Shown here: piece by piece, positions 1-7,539 of the stretch
Position numbering within the stretch: position 1 is the first letter of the stretch
Layout of the letters: each line of letters starts with the position of its first letter
Source of the DNA: Mycobacterium sp. SM1
GTDB lineage: Bacteria; Actinomycetota; Actinomycetes; Mycobacteriales; Mycobacteriaceae
Direction of reading: 5' to 3'
Assembly (NCBI RefSeq): GCF_018361265.1
Contig: NZ_JAFLNH010000003.1
Location: 104,501-136,500 of the forward strand
DNA: 32,000 nucleotides
The notes under the pieces: generated by a model
Databases searched by the model: none
What the model was told of the DNA's origin: nothing
What the model saw: only the letters and a program-made list of their open reading frames with translations
Program-made: the position numbers and the translations under genes

Positions 1-289
1 ACAGGAACTGCAGCCCCGGTGCGGCCAACTCCGCGCGCATCAGTAGTGCCAACAAGCCCCCGATGAAAAAGAACGCGAAGCAGGCGACGCAGTACATGAT
101 GCCGATCATCTTGTGATCGGTGGTGGTCACCAGTGTGTAGATCAGGTTGCCCTTGGGGCCCAGCCTGGCCGGAAACGGCCGGCGGGCTTCAAGCGCCCCC
201 AGCGGGGGCGTTTGGGGCGTCACCCACTTGTCCCGGCTATGAGCGGGATCAGTCGAGCCCGGATGTGAGTGAACGGCTGCATCGGCCAT
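1..289 (-). CDS. ctaD: cytochrome c oxidase (aa3-type heme-copper oxidase) subunit I, N-terminal ~96 codons; the gene continues past the left edge
   Basis: Not in the ORF track because it runs off the edge. The reverse complement of 1-289 is an open frame: [96 protein letters not shown]. The [12 protein letters not shown]...[23 protein letters not shown] block is the hallmark subunit I N-terminus and closely matches my recollection of Mtb CtaD. The start is either ATG at 289 or the in-frame GTG at 223, which aligns with the Mtb start. Confidence 0.8.
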   Translation of the reverse strand, partial: MADAAVHSHPGSTDPAHSRDKWVTPQTPPLGALEARRPFPARLGPKGNLIYTLVTTTDHKMIGIMYCVACFAFFFIGGLLALLMRAELAAPGLQFL

Positions 290-423
290 CGCGCTTCAGG
301 CTCTCATCGTACGGCTCGCCGCCGCTGTTATGCCGGCGCCTTGTCGGCGCCAGTCGCACCCGGTCGGTCGGCTATGGCACCCCATCGGTTCGTCTCCTAT
401 AGTGACGAACGGCTAACATCGCC

Positions 424-470
424 TAATATCGATGAATAATATCCGCTAAATGTCATGAGCGGTAGATCGA
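424..470. promoter_or_regulatory. AT-rich candidate promoter/operator between the ctaD-like gene and regulator 1
   Basis: This is the only AT-rich patch in the spacer. TAATAT (TANNNT -10-like) occurs at 424-429 and 437-442, and AATATC is directly repeated 13 bp apart. Nested inverted repeats are TCGAT(429-433)/ATCGA(466-470) and CCGCT(443-447)/AGCGG(458-462). Confidence 0.3.
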
Positions 471-485
471 CGAGGGGACATCGGG

Positions 486-1235
486 ATGGCGGTTCAGCCC
501 AGGCACGGAGACCGGCGACCGCAGCCCGTGCCACGGCAACGCGACCGAGTGCTGGAACTGGTCCGTGAACACGGCGGTCCGGTCGATGCGGCACAGCTGG
601 CGGCGCAGCTTGGGCTGCACGTGTCTACCGCGCGGTTTCACTTGGACACCCTATGCGATCAGGGATTTATCACCCGGACCCGCATGAGGCGGGCCGGTGT
701 CGGCCGTCCCCGCACCGGCTACGTGGCTGTGCAGGGACGCCTTGACTATCAGGGTTTCGCTGAGATGCTTGCGCTGGAGCTGGGTGACACCTTGGAAACA
801 CGCCGGCGACGCGCTGAGCGGGCCGGGTGGCGATGGGCCGCTCGGGTTGCGGCGAGTTCACTGTGGGAAGATGTTGCGAGACAAGGCGTTGCTGATTCTT
901 CCTCAGCGCGTGCAACCCTCGATCACCGAGCGGCGATGACCGCGGAGCTCCTTCAACGCATGGGATTCTGTCCTGAATTGACCCCGGCCGCGAAGTCGAC
1001 GGGCGGTAAAATGCAGCGGACCATTCGGCTGCACGCCTGCCCGGTACGGGAGTTGGCGCGCGCCTATCCGGAGGTTGGCTGCGCGCTGCACCGCGGCTTG
1101 CTGCAAGGTCTGCTCGCCAATAATGCTGGAGCCGAAGGCGACCCGACGATGACGCCGCAGCCGGTGCCCCAGGTCGAACTCCACCCGTTCGTCGAGCCCG
1201 AACTGTGTGTGGTCACAGTGATCGCCGACAAGTGA
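486..1235 (+). CDS. winged-HTH (ArsR/Rv2621c-like) transcriptional regulator, paralog 1
   Basis: 249-aa ORF. GAGGGG lies 8 nt upstream of the ATG. N-terminal wHTH signature: LAAQLGLHVSTARFHLDTLCDQGFITR...GRPR. Same architecture as ORF 3164-3847, including the C-terminal CP..(14)..C..H.GL.QG and EPELCV motifs. Confidence 0.7.
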   Translation: MAVQPRHGDRRPQPVPRQRDRVLELVREHGGPVDAAQLAAQLGLHVSTARFHLDTLCDQGFITRTRMRRAGVGRPRTGYVAVQGRLDYQGFAEMLALELGDTLETRRRRAERAGWRWAARVAASSLWEDVARQGVADSSSARATLDHRAAMTAELLQRMGFCPELTPAAKSTGGKMQRTIRLHACPVRELARAYPEVGCALHRGLLQGLLANNAGAEGDPTMTPQPVPQVELHPFVEPELCVVTVIADK

Positions 1236-1236
1236 C

Positions 1237-1263
1237 CGTGAGGCGTCAGCCGGCCCCCTCACG
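1237..1263. terminator. candidate hairpin terminator between convergent regulator 1 and methyltransferase genes
   Basis: CGTGAGG (1237-1243) pairs with CCTCACG (1257-1263), a 7-bp stem with a 13-nt loop, directly after the TGA at 1233-1235. No U-tract. Confidence 0.25.
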
Positions 1264-1302
1264 CGGCCGTTCGCCGGCGTGCGGCTCACGGTCTGGGGCG
1301 AA

Positions 1303-2127
1303 TCATCGAGCCGGCGCGCCGGGCTTGTGGGCAATGATCGCAACGGCGGTGAGCCGTTGCCGGTGGTCGCGGAAGGTACGGTGCATCTGAAGTATCCGCC
1401 GACGGGCATCGTGGTGGGTGAGCAGGTTCTTGGCGAATCGCAGCGCACCGAGAAGACCTTCGTCCGCGACCAGCCGCCGCGGTTCTAACAGCGCCATCGG
1501 GGCGGTCGCGACGTGGTCGACAACCAGCCCGTGATCTGCCAGTAGCCGGCGCCACTCGGCAACTGTCAGCGGGCGGGCGTTGACCTTGATCGCCCTGGCC
1601 AGCGACTGCCGCACGTCGGCCTTGACCGCATCGGGGATGGTGTCCGGTGTCAGCGCGAGTTCGTGGATGGCGTAGCGACCGTGCGGGCGCAGCACCCGCA
1701 CCGCCTCGGCGACGATGGCGTGCTTTGACGGGTCGCCCTGCATGGTGAGCATCGCCTCGCCGATGACGACGTCGGTGCTGCCGTCGGGCAGGCCGGTGCC
1801 GGCTGCGTCGGTGACCCGCACATCGCCATGTCCGGCGACGATGCTGCGCACTGAACGCGCGGCGTCGGGGTCTTGCTCGGCCCCCAGATACGAACGGGGC
1901 TTGCGGGCCAGGATCTCGGCCGCCGTGCGGCCCAGCCCCGGGGCCAGCTCGAGCACGTCGGCACCGGTTACCCCGGCGTGGGCCAGCAAGGTGCGGGTGA
2001 GTTCGAGACCCCCCGGACGGAGCACCCGTTTGCCCAAGCGGGCCAAAAGCCAATGCCCTTGCACGGTGTCATCGGTGCGGCGTGCGGCCGGCAAGGCCGC
2101 TCGCGGAGCCCGTCGCCGACCAATCAT
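1303..2127 (-). CDS. class I SAM-dependent methyltransferase (Rv2622-like)
   Basis: The track ORF 1303-2424 is trimmed to the internal ATG at 2127 (MIGRRR...), giving 274 aa. SAM-binding motif I is VLELAPGLGRT, followed by VVIGEAML and RVLRPHGRYAIHEL. The ATG overlaps the upstream stop (ATGA at 2124-2127). The upstream part of the track ORF is Arg/Pro-rich and overlaps the next gene. Confidence 0.75.
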   Translation of the reverse strand: MIGRRRAPRAALPAARRTDDTVQGHWLLARLGKRVLRPGGLELTRTLLAHAGVTGADVLELAPGLGRTAAEILARKPRSYLGAEQDPDAARSVRSIVAGHGDVRVTDAAGTGLPDGSTDVVIGEAMLTMQGDPSKHAIVAEAVRVLRPHGRYAIHELALTPDTIPDAVKADVRQSLARAIKVNARPLTVAEWRRLLADHGLVVDHVATAPMALLEPRRLVADEGLLGALRFAKNLLTHHDARRRILQMHRTFRDHRQRLTAVAIIAHKPGAPAR

Positions 2128-2726
2128 CGGCCCGCCCGGCGCACCGCGGGAGTCAGGGGCAAAAGCTCGCGCTTTTGGTGCACCGTCAGGTAGCGCAGCC
2201 CGTCGCGGCCGGCGCTGAACTGCCGGCGCGACCGTCGGGGCAACCACAGCAGCGCACCGGGGATCAGGTCGATTGCTCCCCGTTCGGTGGCAAGGTGTCC
2301 GCTGCCGGACAGCACATGGATCAAGACGTCGACCTCGGCACCGGCGTGCATGTCGATCCCACCGCCGGCTGGCAGCGCAATGATGTTCGAGTCTAGGCCT
2401 CGGTCCGAAACGTCGAGCTTCCACACCACGCCCCGCAGGCCCGGCTCGACCGCGGCGACGTCGGCGGTATTCACCAGGATCCGGGGGAGTGGGGTAGCGG
2501 CGAGCTTGGTGATCCGGATCCGCCAGACCGCAGGTCCCCTTTCAAGGTATTCCCAGCGGTAGCTACCGGCATGACCGGCTTCGAACTCCTCGTGCAGGTG
2601 CTTGGGGTTGTGATCGTTGACCAGCACGAAGGACTGGCCGACCGCCAGGGCGGCATAGCTGGCGAAGATCGCCGGGTGCTTGTCCGGCTTGCCTAGCTGC
2701 CGGACGTCAAGCTCGGTGTCGGCCAA
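2124..2726 (-). CDS. DUF2249 domain fused to a cupin domain, function unknown
   Basis: The N-terminal half is a typical DUF2249 pattern: ELDVRQLGKPDKHPAIFASYAALAVGQSFVLVNDHNPKHLHEEFEAGHAGSYRWEYLERGPAVWRIRITK. The C-terminal half is cupin-like: ALPAGGGIDMHAGAEVDVLIHVLSGSGHL...LLWLPRRSRRQFSAG. The proposed start is TTG at 2726, 8 nt downstream of AGGAAGG. No ATG or GTG lies between it and the domain. The track start at 2918 would run across the divergent ferredoxin gene. Confidence 0.7.
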   Translation of the reverse strand: MADTELDVRQLGKPDKHPAIFASYAALAVGQSFVLVNDHNPKHLHEEFEAGHAGSYRWEYLERGPAVWRIRITKLAATPLPRILVNTADVAAVEPGLRGVVWKLDVSDRGLDSNIIALPAGGGIDMHAGAEVDVLIHVLSGSGHLATERGAIDLIPGALLWLPRRSRRQFSAGRDGLRYLTVHQKRELLPLTPAVRRAGR

Positions 2727-2733
2727 TTCGGAT

Positions 2734-2780
2734 GCCTTCCTATGGTTTTGGAAAAAGGATACCCTCGCCTTCCTAGTTTT
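2734..2780. repeat. direct repeat GCCTTCCTA(TG)GTTTT, 2 copies 33 bp apart, in the divergent promoter region
   Basis: Copy 1 is GCCTTCCTATGGTTTT at 2734-2749 and copy 2 is GCCTTCCTAGTTTT at 2767-2780. On the minus strand each copy contains AGGAAGG, and copy 1 is the RBS of the DUF2249-cupin gene. Confidence 0.55.
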
Positions 2781-2810
2781 CACAAATCGAGTTGTGTAAA
2801 CTGCGTTGGC

Positions 2811-3167
2811 ATGACGTACGTGATCGGGAAGCCCTGTGTGGACGTGATGGATCGGGCCTGCGTGGAGGAGTGCCCGGTGGACTGCATTTACGAGGGCGCT
2901 CGCTCGCTGTACATCCACCCCGATGAGTGCGTGGATTGCGGGGCCTGCGAACCGGTGTGTCCCGTCGAGGCGATCTACTATGAGGACGACCTGCCGGAAG
3001 AGCTGCAGCCGTACCAGGCGGACAACGCGGCGTTTTTCTACGAGACCCTGCCGGGCCGCGACGCGCCGCTCGGGTCACCGGGTGGAGCCGCCAAGATCGG
3101 CCCACTAGGCGTCGACGCACCGTTGGTGGCCAGCCTGCCGAAGGTTAGCGAGTCCGAGGGAGCGTGA
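2811..3167 (+). CDS. fdxA: 7Fe ([3Fe-4S][4Fe-4S]) ferredoxin, FdxA/FdxC type
   Basis: The track ORF is trimmed to the ATG at 2811. MTYVIGKPCVDVMDRACVEECPVDCIYEGARSLYIHPDECVDCGACEPVCPVEAIYYEDD has the CxxxxxxC...CP and CxxCxxCxxxCP cluster motifs. The tail (DNAAFF..LPGR.APLGSPGGAAKIGPLGVD) matches my recollection of Mtb FdxA. TAAACT at 2797-2802 would give an almost leaderless transcript. Confidence 0.9.
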   Translation: MTYVIGKPCVDVMDRACVEECPVDCIYEGARSLYIHPDECVDCGACEPVCPVEAIYYEDDLPEELQPYQADNAAFFYETLPGRDAPLGSPGGAAKIGPLGVDAPLVASLPKVSESEGA

Positions 3168-3847
3168 GCGTTATCGCCAGGTCACCGGAGGAGCCTGCGG
3201 GCCGTCGTCAGGCGGTGCTGCGCGTGCTGAAGGCGGCCGGCACGCCCATGAGCATCGTCGCGATCGCCGGGGCGCTGGGTGTGCATCCCAACACCGTCCG
3301 CTTCCATCTGGACGCCCTGGTCAGCCAGGGCCAGGTGGAGCGGGTGCAGCCCGATCGCCAAGGCCCGGGACGCCCGGCGCTGATGTTTCAGGCGATCAGG
3401 CAGATGGATCGCGGCGGGCCGCGCCGGTACCGGCTGCTCGCCGAGATCCTCGCGAACGGGTTTGCCGCCGACCGGAACCCACGCGCCAAGGCGCTGGCCG
3501 CGGGCCGCGCCTGGGGCCGGCGGCTGGAATCACCGGGCCGGCGCGCGAAACGGATCGGTGTGGAGGGCTCGATCAATCGGTTGATCGGCGTCCTCGACGA
3601 GCTCGGTTTCGCTCCCGAGCGCCGCGACGCCGACGGGGAGAACCGGATTGGCCTGCGGCACTGCCCGTTTCTCGAGCTCGCCGAAACCCGCGGGACCGTG
3701 ATCTGCCCGGTTCACCTGGGGCTCATGCAGGGAGCACTGGAAACCTGGAAGGCACCGGTCATGGTCGATCGGTTAGACGCGTTCGCCGAACCCGACCTGT
3801 GTGTGGCGCACCTCAGATTCCAGGGAGTGCCGGGAGCCACGGCATGA
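3164..3847 (+). CDS. winged-HTH (ArsR/Rv2621c-like) transcriptional regulator, paralog 2
   Basis: 227 aa. The GTG start overlaps the ferredoxin stop (GTGA at 3164-3167). wHTH signature: IAGALGVHPNTVRFHLDALVSQGQVER...GRP. C-terminal motifs are RHCPFLELAETRGTVICPVHLGLMQGAL and EPDLCVAHL. Size and position match Mtb Rv2621c as I recall it. Confidence 0.8.
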   Translation: MSVIARSPEEPAGRRQAVLRVLKAAGTPMSIVAIAGALGVHPNTVRFHLDALVSQGQVERVQPDRQGPGRPALMFQAIRQMDRGGPRRYRLLAEILANGFAADRNPRAKALAAGRAWGRRLESPGRRAKRIGVEGSINRLIGVLDELGFAPERRDADGENRIGLRHCPFLELAETRGTVICPVHLGLMQGALETWKAPVMVDRLDAFAEPDLCVAHLRFQGVPGATA

Positions 3848-4269
3848 GCACCGCATCGGCGGTCGCGGTGGCTACCACCTTTGTCTGGCTGGGCATGGTG
3901 CTGGCCATCTCGTTTCTAGAGGCGCCGCTCAAGTTCCGCGCACCCAACGTGACGCTGCAGATCGGGCTTGGCATCGGCCGTCTGGTTTTCCGCGCGCTCA
4001 ACAGCGTGGAGGCTGGTTTCGCCCTCGTCATCCTGCTGGCCGGCCTGGCCCGGCCACAGCCCCCGGGCGTCACGGCGGCGTTCGTCGTGGCCGGTGCCGC
4101 GCTGGCCCTCCAATTGGGGGCGGTGCGGCCCCTGTTGAACCGCCGCTCCGACAAGGTGCTGGCCGGGCTGAGCAGCCGCCGCTCTCGCAGCCACCACGTC
4201 TACGTCGGGCTGGAGGTGATCAAGGTGATCGCCCTGCTGACGGCGGGGGCTCTGCTGCTATCCGCCTGA
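3844..4269 (+). CDS. small integral membrane protein, about 4 TM helices (Rv2620c-like)
   Basis: Start is ATG at 3844, overlapping the regulator stop (ATGA). 141 aa with four hydrophobic stretches: VAVATTFVWLGMVLAISFL, GFALVILLAGL, AAFVVAGAALALQLGAV and VIKVIALLTAGALLL. Same length as Mtb Rv2620c as I recall it. Confidence 0.75.
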   Translation: MSTASAVAVATTFVWLGMVLAISFLEAPLKFRAPNVTLQIGLGIGRLVFRALNSVEAGFALVILLAGLARPQPPGVTAAFVVAGAALALQLGAVRPLLNRRSDKVLAGLSSRRSRSHHVYVGLEVIKVIALLTAGALLLSA

Positions 4270-4288
4270 GGTTCTCCAGCGGTTCTGG

Positions 4289-4312
4289 AAGTGGCTTGGT
4301 AAGTGGCTTGGT
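4289..4312. repeat. perfect tandem duplication, 2 x 12 bp (AAGTGGCTTGGT)
   Basis: Read directly: aagtggcttggt at 4289-4300 and again at 4301-4312. It is flanked by GGTTCT x2 (4270-4286) and followed by GGACTGGGTAA. Confidence 0.7.
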
Positions 4313-4348
4313 GGACTGGGTAATCCGCGAGGCGGCGCCGGGGGAGGC

Positions 4349-4369
4349 GGGCACCCGGGTCGGGTGCCC
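4349..4369. other. GC-rich hairpin, 9-bp perfect stem and 3-nt loop; terminator or operator candidate
   Basis: GGGCACCCG (4349-4357), loop ggt, CGGGTGCCC (4361-4369). It lies 80 nt after the membrane-protein stop and 6 nt before the first possible AKR start. No U-tract. Confidence 0.3.
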
Positions 4370-4374
4370 CAGCG

Positions 4375-5274
4375 ATGCGCTCTTGGCGTACCGTCGTAGC
4401 CGTGAGCGCGCATCGCATCGCCCAGGGGGCGGGTACGTTAACCCTCGGCGGTGACCTGACGGTCAACCGGCTCGGCTTCGGCGCGATGCGCCTAACCGGC
4501 CCGGGTGTCTGGGGTCCGCCCGCCGACCGCGACGAGGCCGTCCGGGTGTTGCGCCGGGCGGTAGACCTCGGCGTCAACTTCATCGACACCGCCGACTCGT
4601 ACGGCCCCTACGTCTCCGAGGAGATCATCCGGGAGGCATTGCACCCCTACCCGGGCTTGGTGATCGCGACCAAGGCGGGGCTGCTGCGGACCGGGCCGGA
4701 TGTGTGGATCCCGCTGGGCAATCCGAGCTACCTGCGCCAAGAAGTCGAGATGAGCCTGCGCCGTCTGGGCGTCGACACCATCGACCTGTTTCAGCTGCAT
4801 CGCATCGACCCCAACTTCCCGCTGGCGGACCAGGTCGGTGAGTTCCTCAAGTTCAAAGAAGAGGGCAAGATCCGTCACATCGGCCTCTCGGAGGTCACCG
4901 TCGAGCAGCTTCGGGCCGCACAGCAGATTGCGCCGATCGCCTCGGTGCAAAACCTCTACCACCTGACCAACCGCCGCGCCGAGCCGGTGCTGAATGTCTG
5001 TGCAGAGCAGGGCATCGGCTTTATCCCGTGGTTCCCGCTGGCCGCCGGGTCACTCGCGGCGGCGGACAGCCCGTTGCAGCGGATTGCCGCCGAGCATGCT
5101 GCGACTCCCGCCCAAATGGCCCTGGCGTGGCTGTTGAAGCGATCGCCGGTGATGCTGCCGATTCCGGGAACTTCCAAGGTGGAGCATCTGGAGGAGAACG
5201 TCGCCGCCGCTGAGATCGCGCTCTCCGACGACGAGGCCGAGATGCTGGCCGCGATCGGAGAGCAGAACGCCTAA
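4375..5274 (+). CDS. aldo-keto reductase family oxidoreductase
   Basis: 299-aa ORF with AKR signatures: [17 protein letters not shown]...[38 protein letters not shown] and [14 protein letters not shown]. An alternative in-frame start is GTG at 4402. Confidence 0.85.
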   Translation: MRSWRTVVAVSAHRIAQGAGTLTLGGDLTVNRLGFGAMRLTGPGVWGPPADRDEAVRVLRRAVDLGVNFIDTADSYGPYVSEEIIREALHPYPGLVIATKAGLLRTGPDVWIPLGNPSYLRQEVEMSLRRLGVDTIDLFQLHRIDPNFPLADQVGEFLKFKEEGKIRHIGLSEVTVEQLRAAQQIAPIASVQNLYHLTNRRAEPVLNVCAEQGIGFIPWFPLAAGSLAAADSPLQRIAAEHAATPAQMALAWLLKRSPVMLPIPGTSKVEHLEENVAAAEIALSDDEAEMLAAIGEQNA

Positions 5275-5484
5275 CGCGCGCCCGCGGGCCCGGCACCATG
5301 ATCGGCGGATGGCCCGTGAGTGTGCCGACGGCACGGCCTCGCCTTCGTTCCGCCGGCCGACGGTACCCGGGCCGGGGAAGGCCCGGCACCGATAGCATGA
5401 CAACGGTTGGCGCGCGTCCCCCCGGATCCGGAAGACGCAGCCCACGACACCGACCACATGCCCCAACGCGTTGGAGACGACCCG

Positions 5485-7539
5485 ATGAGTGCCCCCGCAC
5501 AACCCGCCGCTGCCGCCCCAATCCGGGTGCCCGCGGGCACTACCGTGGCCGAGGCGGTGCGGGCGGCGGGGTTGCCGGGCCGGGGAGCGCCCGACGCGGT
5601 CGTCGTGGTGCGCGACGCCCACGGTAGGTTGCGCGACCTGAGCTGGGTGCCAGACCGGGACACCGAGGTTGCCCCGGTGGCCGCCAACACCGAGGAGGGC
5701 CGCAGCGTCATCCGGCACTCGTGTGCGCATGTGCTGGCCCAAGCCGTCCAAGACCTGTTCCCGGGAGCCAAACTGGGGATCGGTCCGCCGATCACCGACG
5801 GGTTCTACTACGACTTCGATGTGGCGGAGCCGTTCACCGAGGAGGATTTGGCGACGCTGGAAAAGCGGATGCGCCAGATCGTCAAGGAGGGCCAGCTGTT
5901 CTCCCGGCGGGTTTATGAATCCAAAGAGCAGGCCCGCGCCGAGCTGGCCGACGAGCCGTACAAGCTACAACTGGTCGACGACAAGTCCGGCGACGCCGAG
6001 ATCATGGAGGTCGGCGGCGACGAGCTCACCGCTTATGACAACCTCGATCCCCGTACTCGTGAACGGGTTTGGAGCGACTTGTGCCGCGGGCCGCACATCC
6101 CCACAACCCGCTATATTCCGGCCTTCAAGCTCACCCGTAGCTCTGCCGCCTACTGGCGGGGTGACCAGAGCAATCCCAGCCTGCAACGTATCTATGGCAC
6201 CGCGTGGGAGTCGCAGGAGGCGCTCGAGCATCACCTGAAGCTGATCGAAGAAGCTCAGCGCCGTGACCACCGCAAACTGGGGCTGGAGCTGGACCTGTTC
6301 AGCTTCCCGGATGAAATTGGTTCCGGCCTACCGGTTTTCCATCCGAAAGGTGGCATCATCCGGCGCGAACTGGAGGAGTACTCGCGGCGCAAGCACATCG
6401 AGGCGGGCTACGAATTCGTCAGCACGCCACACATCACCAAGGCGCGGCTGTTTGACACCTCCGGCCACCTGAGCTGGTACGCCGAGGGGATGTTCCCCCC
6501 GATGCACCTCGATGCCGAATACAACGACGACGGGAGCCTGCGCAAACCCGGGCAGGACTACTACCTCAAGCCGATGAACTGCCCGATGCACTGCCTGATC
6601 TTTCGGGCCCGGGGGCGGTCCTATCGTGAGCTTCCGCTGCGGCTCTTCGAGTTCGGCACCGTGTACCGCTACGAAAAATCCGGGGTGGTGCACGGATTGA
6701 CCAGGGCGCGCGGGTTCACCATGGACGACTCGCACATTTTCTGCACCCGCGAGCAGATGCGCGACGAACTGGCGTCACTGCTGCGGTTCGTGCTCGAGCT
6801 GCTCCGCGACTACGGGCTGACCGACTTTTATCTCGAGCTCTCCACGAGGGACGAGCAGAAGTTTGTCGGGTCGGAGGCGGTCTGGGAGGCGGCCACCACC
6901 ACGCTGGCGGAAGTCGCGCAGGCGTCCGGGCTGGAGCTGGTGTCCGACCCGGGCGGCGCGGCGTTCTACGGCCCAAAGATTTCCGTGCAGGCCCGTGACG
7001 CGCTGGGGCGCAACTGGCAGATGTCGACCATCCAGTTGGACTTCAACACCCCGGAGCGTTTCGAGCTAGAGTACACCGCCGCCGATGGCAGCCGGCAACG
7101 GCCGGTGATGATCCACCGTGCGCTGTTCGGCTCGATCGAGCGGTTCTTCGGCATTCTCACCGAGCATTACGCCGGAGCGTTTCCCGCGTGGCTTGCGCCG
7201 GTGCAGGTGGTCGGCATTCCGGTCGCCGACACTCACATACCGTATCTGGAAAATGTAGCCGCGGAGCTGAAGTCGCACGGTGTGCGAGCCGAGGTCGACA
7301 CCAGCGATGACCGGATGGCGAAAAAGATCGTGCACCATACCAACCAGAAGGTGCCGTTCATGCTGCTGGCCGGTGACCGTGACGTCCGTGCCGGCGCGGT
7401 GAGCTTTAGGTTTCCCGACCGTACCCAGATCAACGGCGTGGCCGCCGATGAGGCGATCGCAGCCATCGTGAAGTGGATTGCCGACCGCCAAAACGTTACC
7501 CCCACAGCCGATCTGGTGAAAGTAGCCAGTCGTGAATGA
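5485..7539 (+). CDS. thrS: threonine--tRNA ligase
   Basis: The track ORF is trimmed to the ATG at 5485 (MSAPAQP...), with GGAGA 7 nt upstream. It is near-colinear with Mtb ThrS as recalled. Class II motifs include [30 protein letters not shown] and [10 protein letters not shown]. Confidence 0.95.
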   Translation: MSAPAQPAAAAPIRVPAGTTVAEAVRAAGLPGRGAPDAVVVVRDAHGRLRDLSWVPDRDTEVAPVAANTEEGRSVIRHSCAHVLAQAVQDLFPGAKLGIGPPITDGFYYDFDVAEPFTEEDLATLEKRMRQIVKEGQLFSRRVYESKEQARAELADEPYKLQLVDDKSGDAEIMEVGGDELTAYDNLDPRTRERVWSDLCRGPHIPTTRYIPAFKLTRSSAAYWRGDQSNPSLQRIYGTAWESQEALEHHLKLIEEAQRRDHRKLGLELDLFSFPDEIGSGLPVFHPKGGIIRRELEEYSRRKHIEAGYEFVSTPHITKARLFDTSGHLSWYAEGMFPPMHLDAEYNDDGSLRKPGQDYYLKPMNCPMHCLIFRARGRSYRELPLRLFEFGTVYRYEKSGVVHGLTRARGFTMDDSHIFCTREQMRDELASLLRFVLELLRDYGLTDFYLELSTRDEQKFVGSEAVWEAATTTLAEVAQASGLELVSDPGGAAFYGPKISVQARDALGRNWQMSTIQLDFNTPERFELEYTAADGSRQRPVMIHRALFGSIERFFGILTEHYAGAFPAWLAPVQVVGIPVADTHIPYLENVAAELKSHGVRAEVDTSDDRMAKKIVHHTNQKVPFMLLAGDRDVRAGAVSFRFPDRTQINGVAADEAIAAIVKWIADRQNVTPTADLVKVASRE

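Noticed and set aside
2727-2810. DosR (DevR) box upstream of the FdxA-like ferredoxin.
   Set aside because: I looked for the palindromic GGGAC-N-GTCCC core of the recalled consensus and found no convincing match in this spacer or in 290-485. A link to the DosR regulon therefore remains contextual only.
5275-5484. Possible T-box or attenuator in the thrS leader. It has a palindrome GTGCCGACGGCAC (5322-5334), a hairpin CCGGGCC-GGGGAA-GGCCCGG (5367-5386) and a direct repeat GCCCGGCACC (5288-5297 and 5381-5390).
   Set aside because: I could not recognise a T-box consensus, specifier loop or terminator/antiterminator pair by eye. The hairpins may simply terminate the AKR gene. A covariance-model scan would be needed.
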